From: Rhodothermales bacterium
GTDB lineage: Bacteria > Bacteroidota > Rhodothermia > Rhodothermales > Bin80
Length of the DNA stretch: 64,000 nt
Direction: 5' to 3'
NCBI GenBank assembly: GCA_963665975.1
Contig: OY762508.1
Span: forward strand, 3,357,456 to 3,421,455
In this document: positions 55,902 to 64,000 of the stretch, piece by piece
Numbering within the stretch: the stretch's first letter is position 1
How the letters are laid out: every line of letters starts with the position of its first letter
Program-made: the position numbers and the translations under genes
The notes under the pieces: model-generated
What the model was told of the DNA's origin: nothing
The model's input: the letters and a program-made list of their open reading frames with translations, nothing else
Database searches by the model: none

Positions 55902-58709
55902 CTATTCGTTCTCCGGCAGCAGGGTGACCTGCACGTACTGGTCCCGGAGATACGTCCGGGCGGCATCCCGAAGGTCTTCTGCGGTCAGGGAGTCAATGAG
56001 TTCGGTATAGCGGAAGATGTCGTCCATGTCCTCCGTCGGATGCTCCAAATAGAAGCGCAGCGTTGAAAGCCAGAAGTTGTTCTGCTCCAGACTCGTTTCC
56101 CGTTGTCTGCGTTGCTGCTCCCGTATTTTGACTACGATATCGTCCAGGTCCAGGGTTGTCTTGATGGCGTGAATTTCATCGAAGACGGCGCGGGCCAGTT
56201 CAAGCGCGCGCTTTGGATCACATCCGAAGTACAACGATAGTGTGTAAATGGACGCTGGCCTGTCCGTGGCGCTGGATTGAACCGCCACATTGTAGACGCC
56301 GGCACGCTCCTCCCGCAGTGTTTCGCGCAGGTGCATCTCGAGCGCGGCCCGCAAAGAACGCAAGCGGTGCCGGTTGGCGCGATCGTATGCAAAGGGGCCA
56401 TGAAAGATGATGCCCACCTGGCTCTTTGGCTCCTGGCCCTTGCGTGCCACCTTTGTAACGGTGCCCGCAGGTGCCGCTGGCTCGGTATTTCGCCAGGATT
56501 CCTGGCGATCCGTGACGGGAAGAGTCCCGAGGTAAGTGGCTGCAAGAGTGCGCAACGTGTCCACATCGAAGTTGCCTACAAATACAAACGTGAAATCATC
56601 CGTGTCTGCGAACCGGTCCTGGTAAAGGGCGAGCAATTTCTGCAAGTCGAGACTGTCGATTTGGGCCACAGTCGGGGTCTGCCTCCGTAGCCAGTCACCG
56701 TAAAAGGCTGCGATCAGTGAATCCTGAAATGCACTCTCCGGAGTGTTCTCGCGGTTCAACAGCATAGATCGTTGATGATTCTTGAAGGAGGCCAGGGCGG
56801 CATCCTCCGCACGTGGCGCCGTGATATAGAGATGGATGAGTTGAAACAATTCCACCAGGTCGGAGGGAGATGCCCGTCCGCTAAGCCCTTCGCCCAGATC
56901 ATTGATATAGGGATACACCGAGACGACCTTGCCGGCAAGTTTCTTTGTCAGCGCAGTGCGGTCGAATGCTCCTACGCCGCTCTTGCTGATAACAATATTT
57001 GCGATAGTGGCCGGGAAATACTCTTCGTCGCCAACCAGTGAAGCGCCACCCGGGCTTGACGCCGAAAAAAGAACTTCGTCGTTCCTGAAATCCGTTGGCT
57101 TCATGAGAACCTGAATGCCATTGGCAAGCGTGATTGCGGTTGCTCCGACATGGGGCAGGAACTGCTCGTGGGTGACGTCTACGGGATCGGGAATCGTTGC
57201 CATGAGGGGGCTGTCTGTCACGGCGTCGACATACGGCGCGACGGACTTCATTGCAACCTGCTCAAGGATGTCTGCAAGCAGGTCATGTGATGGAGGCCTC
57301 AACCCTTCCTTATCCGGCATTGTCACGACGATATTGCGGCTTTCGTGTGCCAGAAGTTCCCGAGCGTGTTCGTTGATATCCTCAAGCGCAATGTCTGGAA
57401 GAAGCTTCGTTACGAGTGCAAAGGAATGCTCGATGCCGACAATCGGGGCTCCTGTAAAAAAGCTTGCGACATATGCACGGGCGAGTGCGGAAGATGGCCT
57501 GTTGTCTTTTTCGAGGATAAATTTTTCATATGCCCGTCGGGTCTGGAGTTTCTGTCTTTGCAACTCTGTGTCGGTGAATCCATGCCGCGCAGCCCGGATT
57601 GTCTCGGTGAGCATGGCGGCAAGGCCTGACTGAATGCTATCCTCTTCCACCTGGGCCACCAGCATGGTGTGCGCGGATGTTCTGGCGAGCGAGCCCCTGG
57701 AAATACGCGCCCACAAGAAGGGAGCGCTGTCGCCGTCACGGGCTATTTCCGCAAGACGCTTGTTGAGCATGCTCTGGAAGAGCTGTGCTACTAGCCGGTC
57801 GCGATAGTCGCCCACCGTGCTGGCCACCTGGACGGCTCTTCGGAGGTAAATCTCCAATTGCGTGTACGGGTACTCGGGATCCGTTGCGACGGTAAACCGT
57901 GTCTCCGGCGGATGCGCTACTTCGAACGCGGGCCGCGCCCGCGCAGCATCTGCCGCAGGAAGGTCAGCAAAGTGCGCTACAATCAGCGAATCGATGACGG
58001 CCACGTCGAAATCACCGACAGCGACGATGGCCATCAAGTCCGGGCGATACCAGTCGCGATAGAATCGTCGGAGTGTTTCGGGAGAGGCATTACGGATCGT
58101 GAGCGTGTCACCGATAGGCAGGCGATCCTCGTAGCGTGATCCACGAAGCAATTCAGGTAGGAGTTTGTCGCGCAGTCTGCCGCCAGCGCCAAGTCCCCTG
58201 CGCCATTCTTCGATGATGACTCCGCGCTCAGCGTCGACTGCCTCTTGAGACAGCGTTGCATAGGCAGCCCAGTCCTGCAGGACTTCAAAGCTCTTATGGA
58301 GAATCTCCGCGCTGTCGGTTGGGACCTCAAGCGTATAGACGGTCTCGTCGAATGATGTGTAGGCATTTATGTCCGGCCCAAAGTGCATGCCTGCCCGCTC
58401 AAAGAAGTTGACAAGCTCGCCTTCTTCGAACCGCCTGGTGCCGTTAAAGAGCATATGCTCAACAAAGTGCGCGATTCCGCGCTGGTCGTCATCTTCCAGC
58501 ACGGATCCAGCGTTTACGGCAAGGCGCAACTCTGCTCGGTTTGCGGGCTCGGAATTGCGCCGGATATAGTAGACCAGGCCGTTTTCGAGAGTGCCGCGAT
58601 GCACCGCGGTGTCTACCGGGAGGGGATCAGCGAGGGTCTGCGCTTGTGCGCGTGTGCCGGCAAACGCTCCGAGGAGGAGGATGGCAGTGATGATTCCTGG
58701 CCACTTCAT
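55902..58709 (-). CDS. M16-family zinc peptidase (tandem insulinase/PqqL-like)
   Basis: 935 aa with a signal peptide and the HxxEH motif (GIAHFVEHMLFNGT); its size is consistent with two M16 halves. Confidence 0.9.
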   Translation of the reverse strand: MKWPGIITAILLLGAFAGTRAQAQTLADPLPVDTAVHRGTLENGLVYYIRRNSEPANRAELRLAVNAGSVLEDDDQRGIAHFVEHMLFNGTRRFEEGELVNFFERAGMHFGPDINAYTSFDETVYTLEVPTDSAEILHKSFEVLQDWAAYATLSQEAVDAERGVIIEEWRRGLGAGGRLRDKLLPELLRGSRYEDRLPIGDTLTIRNASPETLRRFYRDWYRPDLMAIVAVGDFDVAVIDSLIVAHFADLPAADAARARPAFEVAHPPETRFTVATDPEYPYTQLEIYLRRAVQVASTVGDYRDRLVAQLFQSMLNKRLAEIARDGDSAPFLWARISRGSLARTSAHTMLVAQVEEDSIQSGLAAMLTETIRAARHGFTDTELQRQKLQTRRAYEKFILEKDNRPSSALARAYVASFFTGAPIVGIEHSFALVTKLLPDIALEDINEHARELLAHESRNIVVTMPDKEGLRPPSHDLLADILEQVAMKSVAPYVDAVTDSPLMATIPDPVDVTHEQFLPHVGATAITLANGIQVLMKPTDFRNDEVLFSASSPGGASLVGDEEYFPATIANIVISKSGVGAFDRTALTKKLAGKVVSVYPYINDLGEGLSGRASPSDLVELFQLIHLYITAPRAEDAALASFKNHQRSMLLNRENTPESAFQDSLIAAFYGDWLRRQTPTVAQIDSLDLQKLLALYQDRFADTDDFTFVFVGNFDVDTLRTLAATYLGTLPVTDRQESWRNTEPAAPAGTVTKVARKGQEPKSQVGIIFHGPFAYDRANRHRLRSLRAALEMHLRETLREERAGVYNVAVQSSATDRPASIYTLSLYFGCDPKRALELARAVFDEIHAIKTTLDLDDIVVKIREQQRRQRETSLEQNNFWLSTLRFYLEHPTEDMDDIFRYTELIDSLTAEDLRDAARTYLRDQYVQVTLLPENE

Positions 58710-58903
58710 GCGGAATTGGTCGCTCTGTTTGAGGGCAAAACAGATTGTCTGGCGTCCTGTTTCACGGATGCCAGGGATGAGCCGTACGGTGCCAGCGCAT
58801 GCTGGCTATTACGTGCTGATTCGTACTACATTGTTTAAGCAATCGATTTCCCGAGGCAGAGCCTCGTACGGTCTGGTCAAATAGCCTCACACCAAATCCA
58901 GCC

Positions 58904-60103
58904 ATGCCCGCCAATTCCAGGAAACTTTGGGCCTTCCTTTTGGGATACGCGTTCCTCGTTTCCGCGTGCTCTCCGTATACGCTGCATGTAGAAGCCGGCG
59001 ACTTTGACCGGCACAACACGGTTGTGGAATTTTCCTTGCCTGCCGGCGCAGGTGCGCAGTCCTGGCAATTGCGCGCCCCGAATGGCACTGTAATGCCCGT
59101 GCAACTGGATGGCACCGGGAGAGCCAGTTTTGTCCTTGACCATCTTGGCGCCGGGCACTCGCTGGAGCTGCGCCTGGAGCCTGCGGGGCGTCCGCACGCG
59201 CCGGGTGTGGAGGCTGACCTGTTGGAGGGGCTGGTGCATTTCGGGGTCAGCGGCCAGCCGATCGTGCGGTACCATGCCGACAAACGCCCCATGCCGCGTG
59301 CGGACATTGATTCCGTCTATCATCGCAACGGATACCTGCATCCGGTCTTTACCCCGTCCGGACGCATGGTCACCGATGACTACCCGCCCAACCACATCCA
59401 CCATCATGGTATCTGGGCGGCATGGACGCGTACGGAGTTTCAGGGACGGACGCCGGATTTCTGGAATATGGGCCAGGCTACCGGGCGGGTCGACGGCGTG
59501 GCGCTGGACACCCTGTGGAGCGGCCCTGTGCATGGTGGCCTCCAGGCCCGCCACCAATATGTAGACCTGACCGCTCCGGCGCCGGTCGTGGCGCTATTCG
59601 AGACATGGAGCATGCGCGTATACGTCACGTCTGGCGAGCGGTACAATGTTTTCGACCTTGCCCTGACCCAGACGACGGCGACCGACAGCACGCTGCATTT
59701 GCCGACCTACCGGTATGGGGGAGTGGGTTTTAGAGGGCATCGCGACTGGGATGGAGAAGCAAACACGGAATTCCTCACCTCCTCCGGCATGGACCGGTCC
59801 AACGGTCACGCCACCAGGGCCCGTTGGTGCCACATTGGCGGGATGGTGGAGGGTGAACTGGCAGGCGTTGCCATCTTGAGTCATCCGGACAATTTCGAAG
59901 CGCCCCAGCCCATGCGTATTCATCCCACCGAGCCGTTCTTCAATTATGCGCCCAGTCAGGCCGGCGATTTTTCCATCGTGGCCGGTATGCCGTATGAGGC
60001 GCGTTACCGGTTGGTCGTCTATGATGGCCCGCCGGACGCAGCAGAACTTGACCGGCTCTGGAACGACTACGCGCATCCGCCCGTCGTGCGCGTGGAGCCG
60101 TAG
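58904..60103 (+). CDS. PmoA-like/DUF6807 family protein
   Basis: 399 aa with a lipoprotein-like N-terminus (FLVSACS): YHRNGYLHPVFTPSGRMVTDDYPPNHIHHHGIWAAW...FWNMG... I recognise the family from motif memory only. Confidence 0.55.
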   Translation: MPANSRKLWAFLLGYAFLVSACSPYTLHVEAGDFDRHNTVVEFSLPAGAGAQSWQLRAPNGTVMPVQLDGTGRASFVLDHLGAGHSLELRLEPAGRPHAPGVEADLLEGLVHFGVSGQPIVRYHADKRPMPRADIDSVYHRNGYLHPVFTPSGRMVTDDYPPNHIHHHGIWAAWTRTEFQGRTPDFWNMGQATGRVDGVALDTLWSGPVHGGLQARHQYVDLTAPAPVVALFETWSMRVYVTSGERYNVFDLALTQTTATDSTLHLPTYRYGGVGFRGHRDWDGEANTEFLTSSGMDRSNGHATRARWCHIGGMVEGELAGVAILSHPDNFEAPQPMRIHPTEPFFNYAPSQAGDFSIVAGMPYEARYRLVVYDGPPDAAELDRLWNDYAHPPVVRVEP

Positions 60104-60165
60104 CGTCTGTCGCGAACTATCCCGCGTGCGATCATCGTGGTTCTTGCACCCTGCCGACGTACCCA

Positions 60166-60238
60166 ATCTAATGTCATTGACAAGATACAGGATCACCTTA
60201 CCGAGATACACTATCTAATGTCATTAACAAGATACAGG
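60166..60238. repeat. Two 26-bp direct repeats separated by 21 bp
   Basis: atctaatgtcatt(g/a)acaagatacagg occurs at 60166-60191 and 60213-60238 with 25/26 identity. It lies in the 141-bp gap between convergent genes. Confidence 0.9.
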
Positions 60239-60244
60239 GGCATA

Positions 60245-60895
60245 TCACGGCCCGAGTCTTCGCACGCGCTCTAGGGCGGCAAACAGTGCTGAGCCGGCCT
60301 CTTTCGCCGTTTGTCCGAACGCGACGAGACCGTCTTCATGGCCGCCCATGGAAAAAAGATGGCGCTCCCGCACGTCTGTGTCCGTGAAGAGCCGGCCTAC
60401 GTCTTGCGCCATTTCAGGGGAGCCGTAAGGAACGGCGGGGTGGGTGATGGGAATCTCCAGGATGCCGGCATGTCGCCACAAATCGGGCGCATGCACGTGC
60501 ATGACCCATCGCAAGGCGTCGTCTATGGCGTAAAGGGTGCCGTGCGTAAGACTTTCCGATGAGGGGTGGGTTGGACCTTCAGCGACAATCAGATTCTGGT
60601 CGGCATGGCACTCGCGCACCGTCGCATAGTGCACGCCAGTCAACAGTTCGATCCCACCGGTCTGCGATCCGGTGATCAAGAAAGGGCGGCTGTGTGGCGG
60701 CAAGCCGCGTGGTCCCGTGCGACGGCTGATATTGCCAAACCCGTAGCCATCGTATCTCGATGGATCCTGTCCGAGGAGATGGGCGCCTCGGAGTCGATTG
60801 CGCCATGCATTGATTTTGCGCAGATTAGCATCCGCTATTGGCGGAGCCTTACGAAACTTCAACTGGAATGTAATGACGCCTTCCTGTGGAGTCAT
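60245..60895 (-). CDS. Class II aldolase/adducin-family protein
   Basis: 216 aa: ...FLITGSQTG...THPSSESLTHGTLY...WVMHVHAP..., class II aldolase-like metal/phosphate motifs. Confidence 0.7.
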   Translation of the reverse strand: MTPQEGVITFQLKFRKAPPIADANLRKINAWRNRLRGAHLLGQDPSRYDGYGFGNISRRTGPRGLPPHSRPFLITGSQTGGIELLTGVHYATVRECHADQNLIVAEGPTHPSSESLTHGTLYAIDDALRWVMHVHAPDLWRHAGILEIPITHPAVPYGSPEMAQDVGRLFTDTDVRERHLFSMGGHEDGLVAFGQTAKEAGSALFAALERVRRLGP

Positions 60896-61162
60896 GAAAG
60901 GGCTTTACCGCTGGATGGAGTGTGGATAGGATTGCGCTGTTGCAGCCCGCCAGCATCCGTGCGCGGATGGTCAAGACACAGAGTGGCGACTCCGTTATGT
61001 GAGGGGTTTTGCGACAGTCTCTGCCCAAATTGTACGCAAGAACGGTGCATAATAGGCCCACCGCCGCGACGCACTGCCAATTGGGAAGGTTTCCGGGTTT
61101 CTACGAGCAGCACATAGCGGTGCGACGTACCGTACTCCAAGCCTCGGCAGAGATCAGGTTTA

Positions 61163-62503
61163 TTAGAGACTTCCCGGAGGGGTGTAGGCCACCTGTGGCC
61201 TGCGGCGCACCACGTTTCGGCGGTATCCTGAAGCACGGAACGAGGCTATGGGATCGATTGCTCCACTGTTTCGGCGTCGTGCTTCCGCCACAAGGGGGGT
61301 CACGTCCAGATGGAAGGCGGCCTGCAGGGTGCGCTCCGCCATCATCACGTCGTTGACCGTTTGATAGTGGGTCAACGCCTCGCGATCGACAAGCAGTGCC
61401 TGGGCATAGGCCCGCTGAAGGGCGTCAACACTCTGCAGCAACGCTTCGACAGGATCTTTGAGATTGTGACTCTGGTCAATCATGAACGCGGGTTGTCGTG
61501 CGTAATCTCCGCTGGTTGTGGCGTCCACCAATTCGTTGAATACCAGGAACAATTGATACGGATGTATGGAGCCTGTCGTGAGATCGTCATCTCCATACAT
61601 GCTGTCATTAAAGTGAAATCCGCCCAGCTTCCCGGCGTGGATCAGTCTGGCGACCACGAGTTCGACATTGGTATTGGGCAAGTGGTGCCCAAGGTCGACC
61701 AGGCACGCGGCGCGTGCCCCGAGTTCCTGGCAGAGCAGCAGCGATGATCCCCAGTCCTGCACCACGGTGGCATAAAACGCGGGTTCATACGGCTTGTGCT
61801 CGGTAAACAATTGCCACGCGGGGGGCAATTCCGCATAGATCGTGCGCAATCCGTCCAGTACTCGCTCGAAGCTCTTGCGCAGGTGCATCTGGCCCGGAAA
61901 ATTGCTCCCGTCTGCGAGCCATATTGTAAGGGCGTCGGAGCCGAGTTGCCGCCCGATGTCAATGGCGTGCACATTGTGGGCTATCGCCTGCTCCTGCACA
62001 GCCCGATCTGTGTGACAGAGGGAGCCGAACTTGTAGCTCAGCCCTCCAGGATCATAATCCTGAAACGTGTTCGAATTGACGGCATCAAATCCGAGTCCCA
62101 GATAGCTGGCGAATTCCCGTAATTCAGAGGCGTCCTCGGGTTCGTCCCATGGTATGTGCAGCGACACGCGCGGCGCCGCCGCTGTAAGCTGATGGACGAC
62201 GGCGATGTCTTCCAGCTTTTCAAAGATATGGCGGGGCTCGCCCGGTCCGGGAAAGCGACCGAATCGCGTGCCTCCCGTGCCCAGTGCCCACGATGGAATG
62301 GCCACGGAAAACGCCTCCAACCGGGTCAGTAGCGTTTCCAGAGCAGGGTGCGGCATCTTGCGCCGCCAGTAATCCATGTCGCGCTGATGCGTGGCAGCCA
62401 GGGCATTGTTTGCAGTCTCAAGTTGGTCGCGTGTGATCTGGAGGCGTACCCCAGCGTCTGTATTGAATGTTGCGGTCGGTGCGTGCGTGTCGGTTGGTGG
62501 CAT
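61163..62503 (-). CDS. rhaI: L-rhamnose isomerase (Pseudomonas stutzeri/actinobacterial TIM-barrel type)
   Basis: I chose the start at the ATG at 62503 (MPPTDTH...). IPSWALGTGGTRFGRFPGPGEPRHIFEKLEDIAVVHQLTAAAPRVSLHIPWD closely resembles the P. stutzeri L-RhI N-terminal region. The track start at 62701 overlaps the upstream gene. Confidence 0.75.
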   Translation of the reverse strand: MPPTDTHAPTATFNTDAGVRLQITRDQLETANNALAATHQRDMDYWRRKMPHPALETLLTRLEAFSVAIPSWALGTGGTRFGRFPGPGEPRHIFEKLEDIAVVHQLTAAAPRVSLHIPWDEPEDASELREFASYLGLGFDAVNSNTFQDYDPGGLSYKFGSLCHTDRAVQEQAIAHNVHAIDIGRQLGSDALTIWLADGSNFPGQMHLRKSFERVLDGLRTIYAELPPAWQLFTEHKPYEPAFYATVVQDWGSSLLLCQELGARAACLVDLGHHLPNTNVELVVARLIHAGKLGGFHFNDSMYGDDDLTTGSIHPYQLFLVFNELVDATTSGDYARQPAFMIDQSHNLKDPVEALLQSVDALQRAYAQALLVDREALTHYQTVNDVMMAERTLQAAFHLDVTPLVAEARRRNSGAIDPIASFRASGYRRNVVRRRPQVAYTPPGSL

Positions 62504-62544
62504 GCATTCACGGGATAACGTGCAGGCGTTGTCTGTCGCCGGAC

Positions 62545-63921
62545 TCAGGCAGATACGGTATAAAACGCGTGTGGTGACTCGCCATTTGCTGTGCGTTGAA
62601 GGTACAGGGCGAGTTCCCGGAGATGGTAGTCGCCCCACATCGTGGATTCGCCGCAGGCGACCGAGCGTCCCGGCGGCGCGTAGTCCCAGCGTCGAGGCCA
62701 ATGGTAGACGCTGTGGAGAAGCAATCCCTGATGGTCGGCGTCGCTACAAAGGTACGGTTCGCTTAGCAGGGTGTGCGCCGTCTTAAGGCCGGCGCGCCGG
62801 TACTGTTCGCCATTCTGTCCATGGGCATCCAGATAGCGCCCCAGGCGGAGCAAGGCCTGCGCGGCAATGGCGGCGGCAGAGCTGTCTACAGGCTCCTGGT
62901 CATTGTATGGATCAGCCGGACGTTGTAAGTAATCCTCGAGCACTTGCAGGCCCGGCGCTCCGGTATCCCAGTAAGGGACGCCACACGAGGGGGTATGCTG
63001 CAGGTAGAAGTCGCATGTCGCCTGCGCCGCGTTGAGAAAAACGTCGACGACCCTGCCTGAACCGCCGTACGGCTCCAGTTCGTCGGATTGTAGCGTGTCC
63101 AGGTATTCGAGTTGCTCGGCGAATCCGCACATCACCCAGGTGAGCCCTCGCGTCCACGTGCTGAATGGCGAATAGCCCTGCTGTGTGCCCGGACATCGGT
63201 ACTCGCCATTGAGAACATTGAAAAGGCTTTCGTGCGCTACGCGACCCCGTACGTCAAATCCGTCCCGGCCGTCACCGTAATAGACGGTATGCCGGGCTGT
63301 CGTCCGCGCATGCCGGATAAGGCGATCCAATAGCGAGATGTGTTCATCGGACTCCCCCTTCAAGGAGCCGCCCAGCCGGTGACCTGCGGCAAGCGACCGC
63401 AACGAGCGGATCGTGTCTGCGAAAAGGGAATGTGGTCCATTGAAAGAGTAAATATATCCGTCACCATCGGCAAGATTCGTCCAGCGGTACGCTTGTATGG
63501 CCCCACTGCACCGGAGGGCCATTTCGTAGTAGCGCCGTTGCCAGGGGTCCTCCGCAATTCTGCCCTCCGTCATGAGTCGCAGGAGCGTGCCGTACGTGCT
63601 GATTATGGTAAAGCCGTGATCGTGTACGCCGAAATGAGTGATATTTGGCGCCATGTGCGCAACTGTCTGCCGGCGACCCAATTCCAGGAAATGCTGCTCA
63701 CCTGTTGCATCGAATTGCAGAAGGGCGGAGCCAATCTGAAATCCCAGTGTCCATTCGGTCCAGGCTCGCGCCGTATACCGGCCCTCAACGGTATAGACGC
63801 GAGCCTGCGTTGCATCAAAATCCTCGGCAAGGGCGAGAATCTTCTTGCCAGACACCTTCCATAGCCGATCAAGCTTTTCCTTGAGGATGGCGTCCGACGG
63901 TATGGAGCTAAGATCGATCAC
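62545..63921 (-). CDS. GH88/GH105-like unsaturated glycuronyl hydrolase family protein
   Basis: 458 aa with WTEWTLGFQIGSALL, HDHGFTIISTYG and STWTRGLTWVMCGFAE, resembling (alpha/alpha)6 GH88/105 motifs. Confidence 0.5.
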   Translation of the reverse strand: MIDLSSIPSDAILKEKLDRLWKVSGKKILALAEDFDATQARVYTVEGRYTARAWTEWTLGFQIGSALLQFDATGEQHFLELGRRQTVAHMAPNITHFGVHDHGFTIISTYGTLLRLMTEGRIAEDPWQRRYYEMALRCSGAIQAYRWTNLADGDGYIYSFNGPHSLFADTIRSLRSLAAGHRLGGSLKGESDEHISLLDRLIRHARTTARHTVYYGDGRDGFDVRGRVAHESLFNVLNGEYRCPGTQQGYSPFSTWTRGLTWVMCGFAEQLEYLDTLQSDELEPYGGSGRVVDVFLNAAQATCDFYLQHTPSCGVPYWDTGAPGLQVLEDYLQRPADPYNDQEPVDSSAAAIAAQALLRLGRYLDAHGQNGEQYRRAGLKTAHTLLSEPYLCSDADHQGLLLHSVYHWPRRWDYAPPGRSVACGESTMWGDYHLRELALYLQRTANGESPHAFYTVSA

Positions 63922-64000
63922 AGGTAACGGGTAGTAGCGTTACAGGGTTACGGCACAAGCTATGCCAAACCACGAACATTCTCCAAAGATGTACCGGGAC

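Noticed and set aside
60166-60238. A possible CRISPR array.
   Set aside because: There are only two repeats, the spacer (21 bp) is shorter than the repeat, no further units exist and no cas genes are in the window. I kept it as an unexplained direct repeat instead.
60892-61236. A 114-aa minus-strand ORF filling the gap between rhaI and the aldolase gene.
   Set aside because: It overlaps the rhaI 3' end out of frame. Its composition is Arg/Pro/Gly-rich with no motif, so it is likely spurious. The 267-bp gap is more probably regulatory.
1-64000. A search for tRNA, rRNA, tmRNA or riboswitch-like elements in the intergenic gaps.
   Set aside because: I could not recognise any cloverleaf or conserved RNA core by eye. 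The gaps within the ribosomal cluster are too short. A covariance-model scan would be needed to exclude small RNAs.

Overview
The window looks like a moderately high-GC chromosome segment from an FCB-group bacterium (Rhodothermota/Bacteroidota-like). This is an inference from a T9SS-type C-terminal sorting domain, the secY-map-infA order without adk, and the overall gene content.

Layout:
- 1-8.8 kb: an accessory island. It holds IS256-family transposase debris, a 1,728-aa secreted protein (plant-type LRRs, nine Calx-beta domains, an autotransporter-like beta-barrel) and a 5'-truncated group II intron.
- 8.9-15.6 kb: pyk, a TPR/SPOR lipoprotein and ftsH.
- 15.8-35.5 kb: one uninterrupted + strand translation supercluster, rpsL-rpsG-fusA-tuf-S10-spc-alpha, ending in a clear terminator after rplQ.
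- 35.6-47.7 kb: housekeeping and envelope genes (rel/spoT, HU/IHF-like, ruvX, lemA-TPM-TPR-CPBP, a cysteine desulfurase-like gene, membrane proteins, abgT).
- 47.7-50.9 kb: a second small accessory islet. An LVIVD/T9SS cargo gene sits between remnants of an IS4/IS1634-type and an IS256-type transposase.
- 50.9-64 kb: sulfatase, an orphan membrane-anchored hypothetical, a tonB-like gene, a quinone oxidoreductase, an M16 peptidase and a sugar-catabolism cluster (PmoA-like, class II aldolase, L-rhamnose isomerase, GH88/105-like).

I found no rRNA, tRNA or CRISPR array.

Most noteworthy:
- The IS-bracketed giant surface-protein gene, with its unusual architecture and mosaic composition.
- A C3-avoiding codon signature (Leu=TTG, Thr=ACG) confined to tuf and to the Calx-beta/barrel part of the giant gene, in sharp contrast to the flanking genes.
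- Several small unexplained repeats.

Many long antisense ORFs in the track are GC-driven artefacts.
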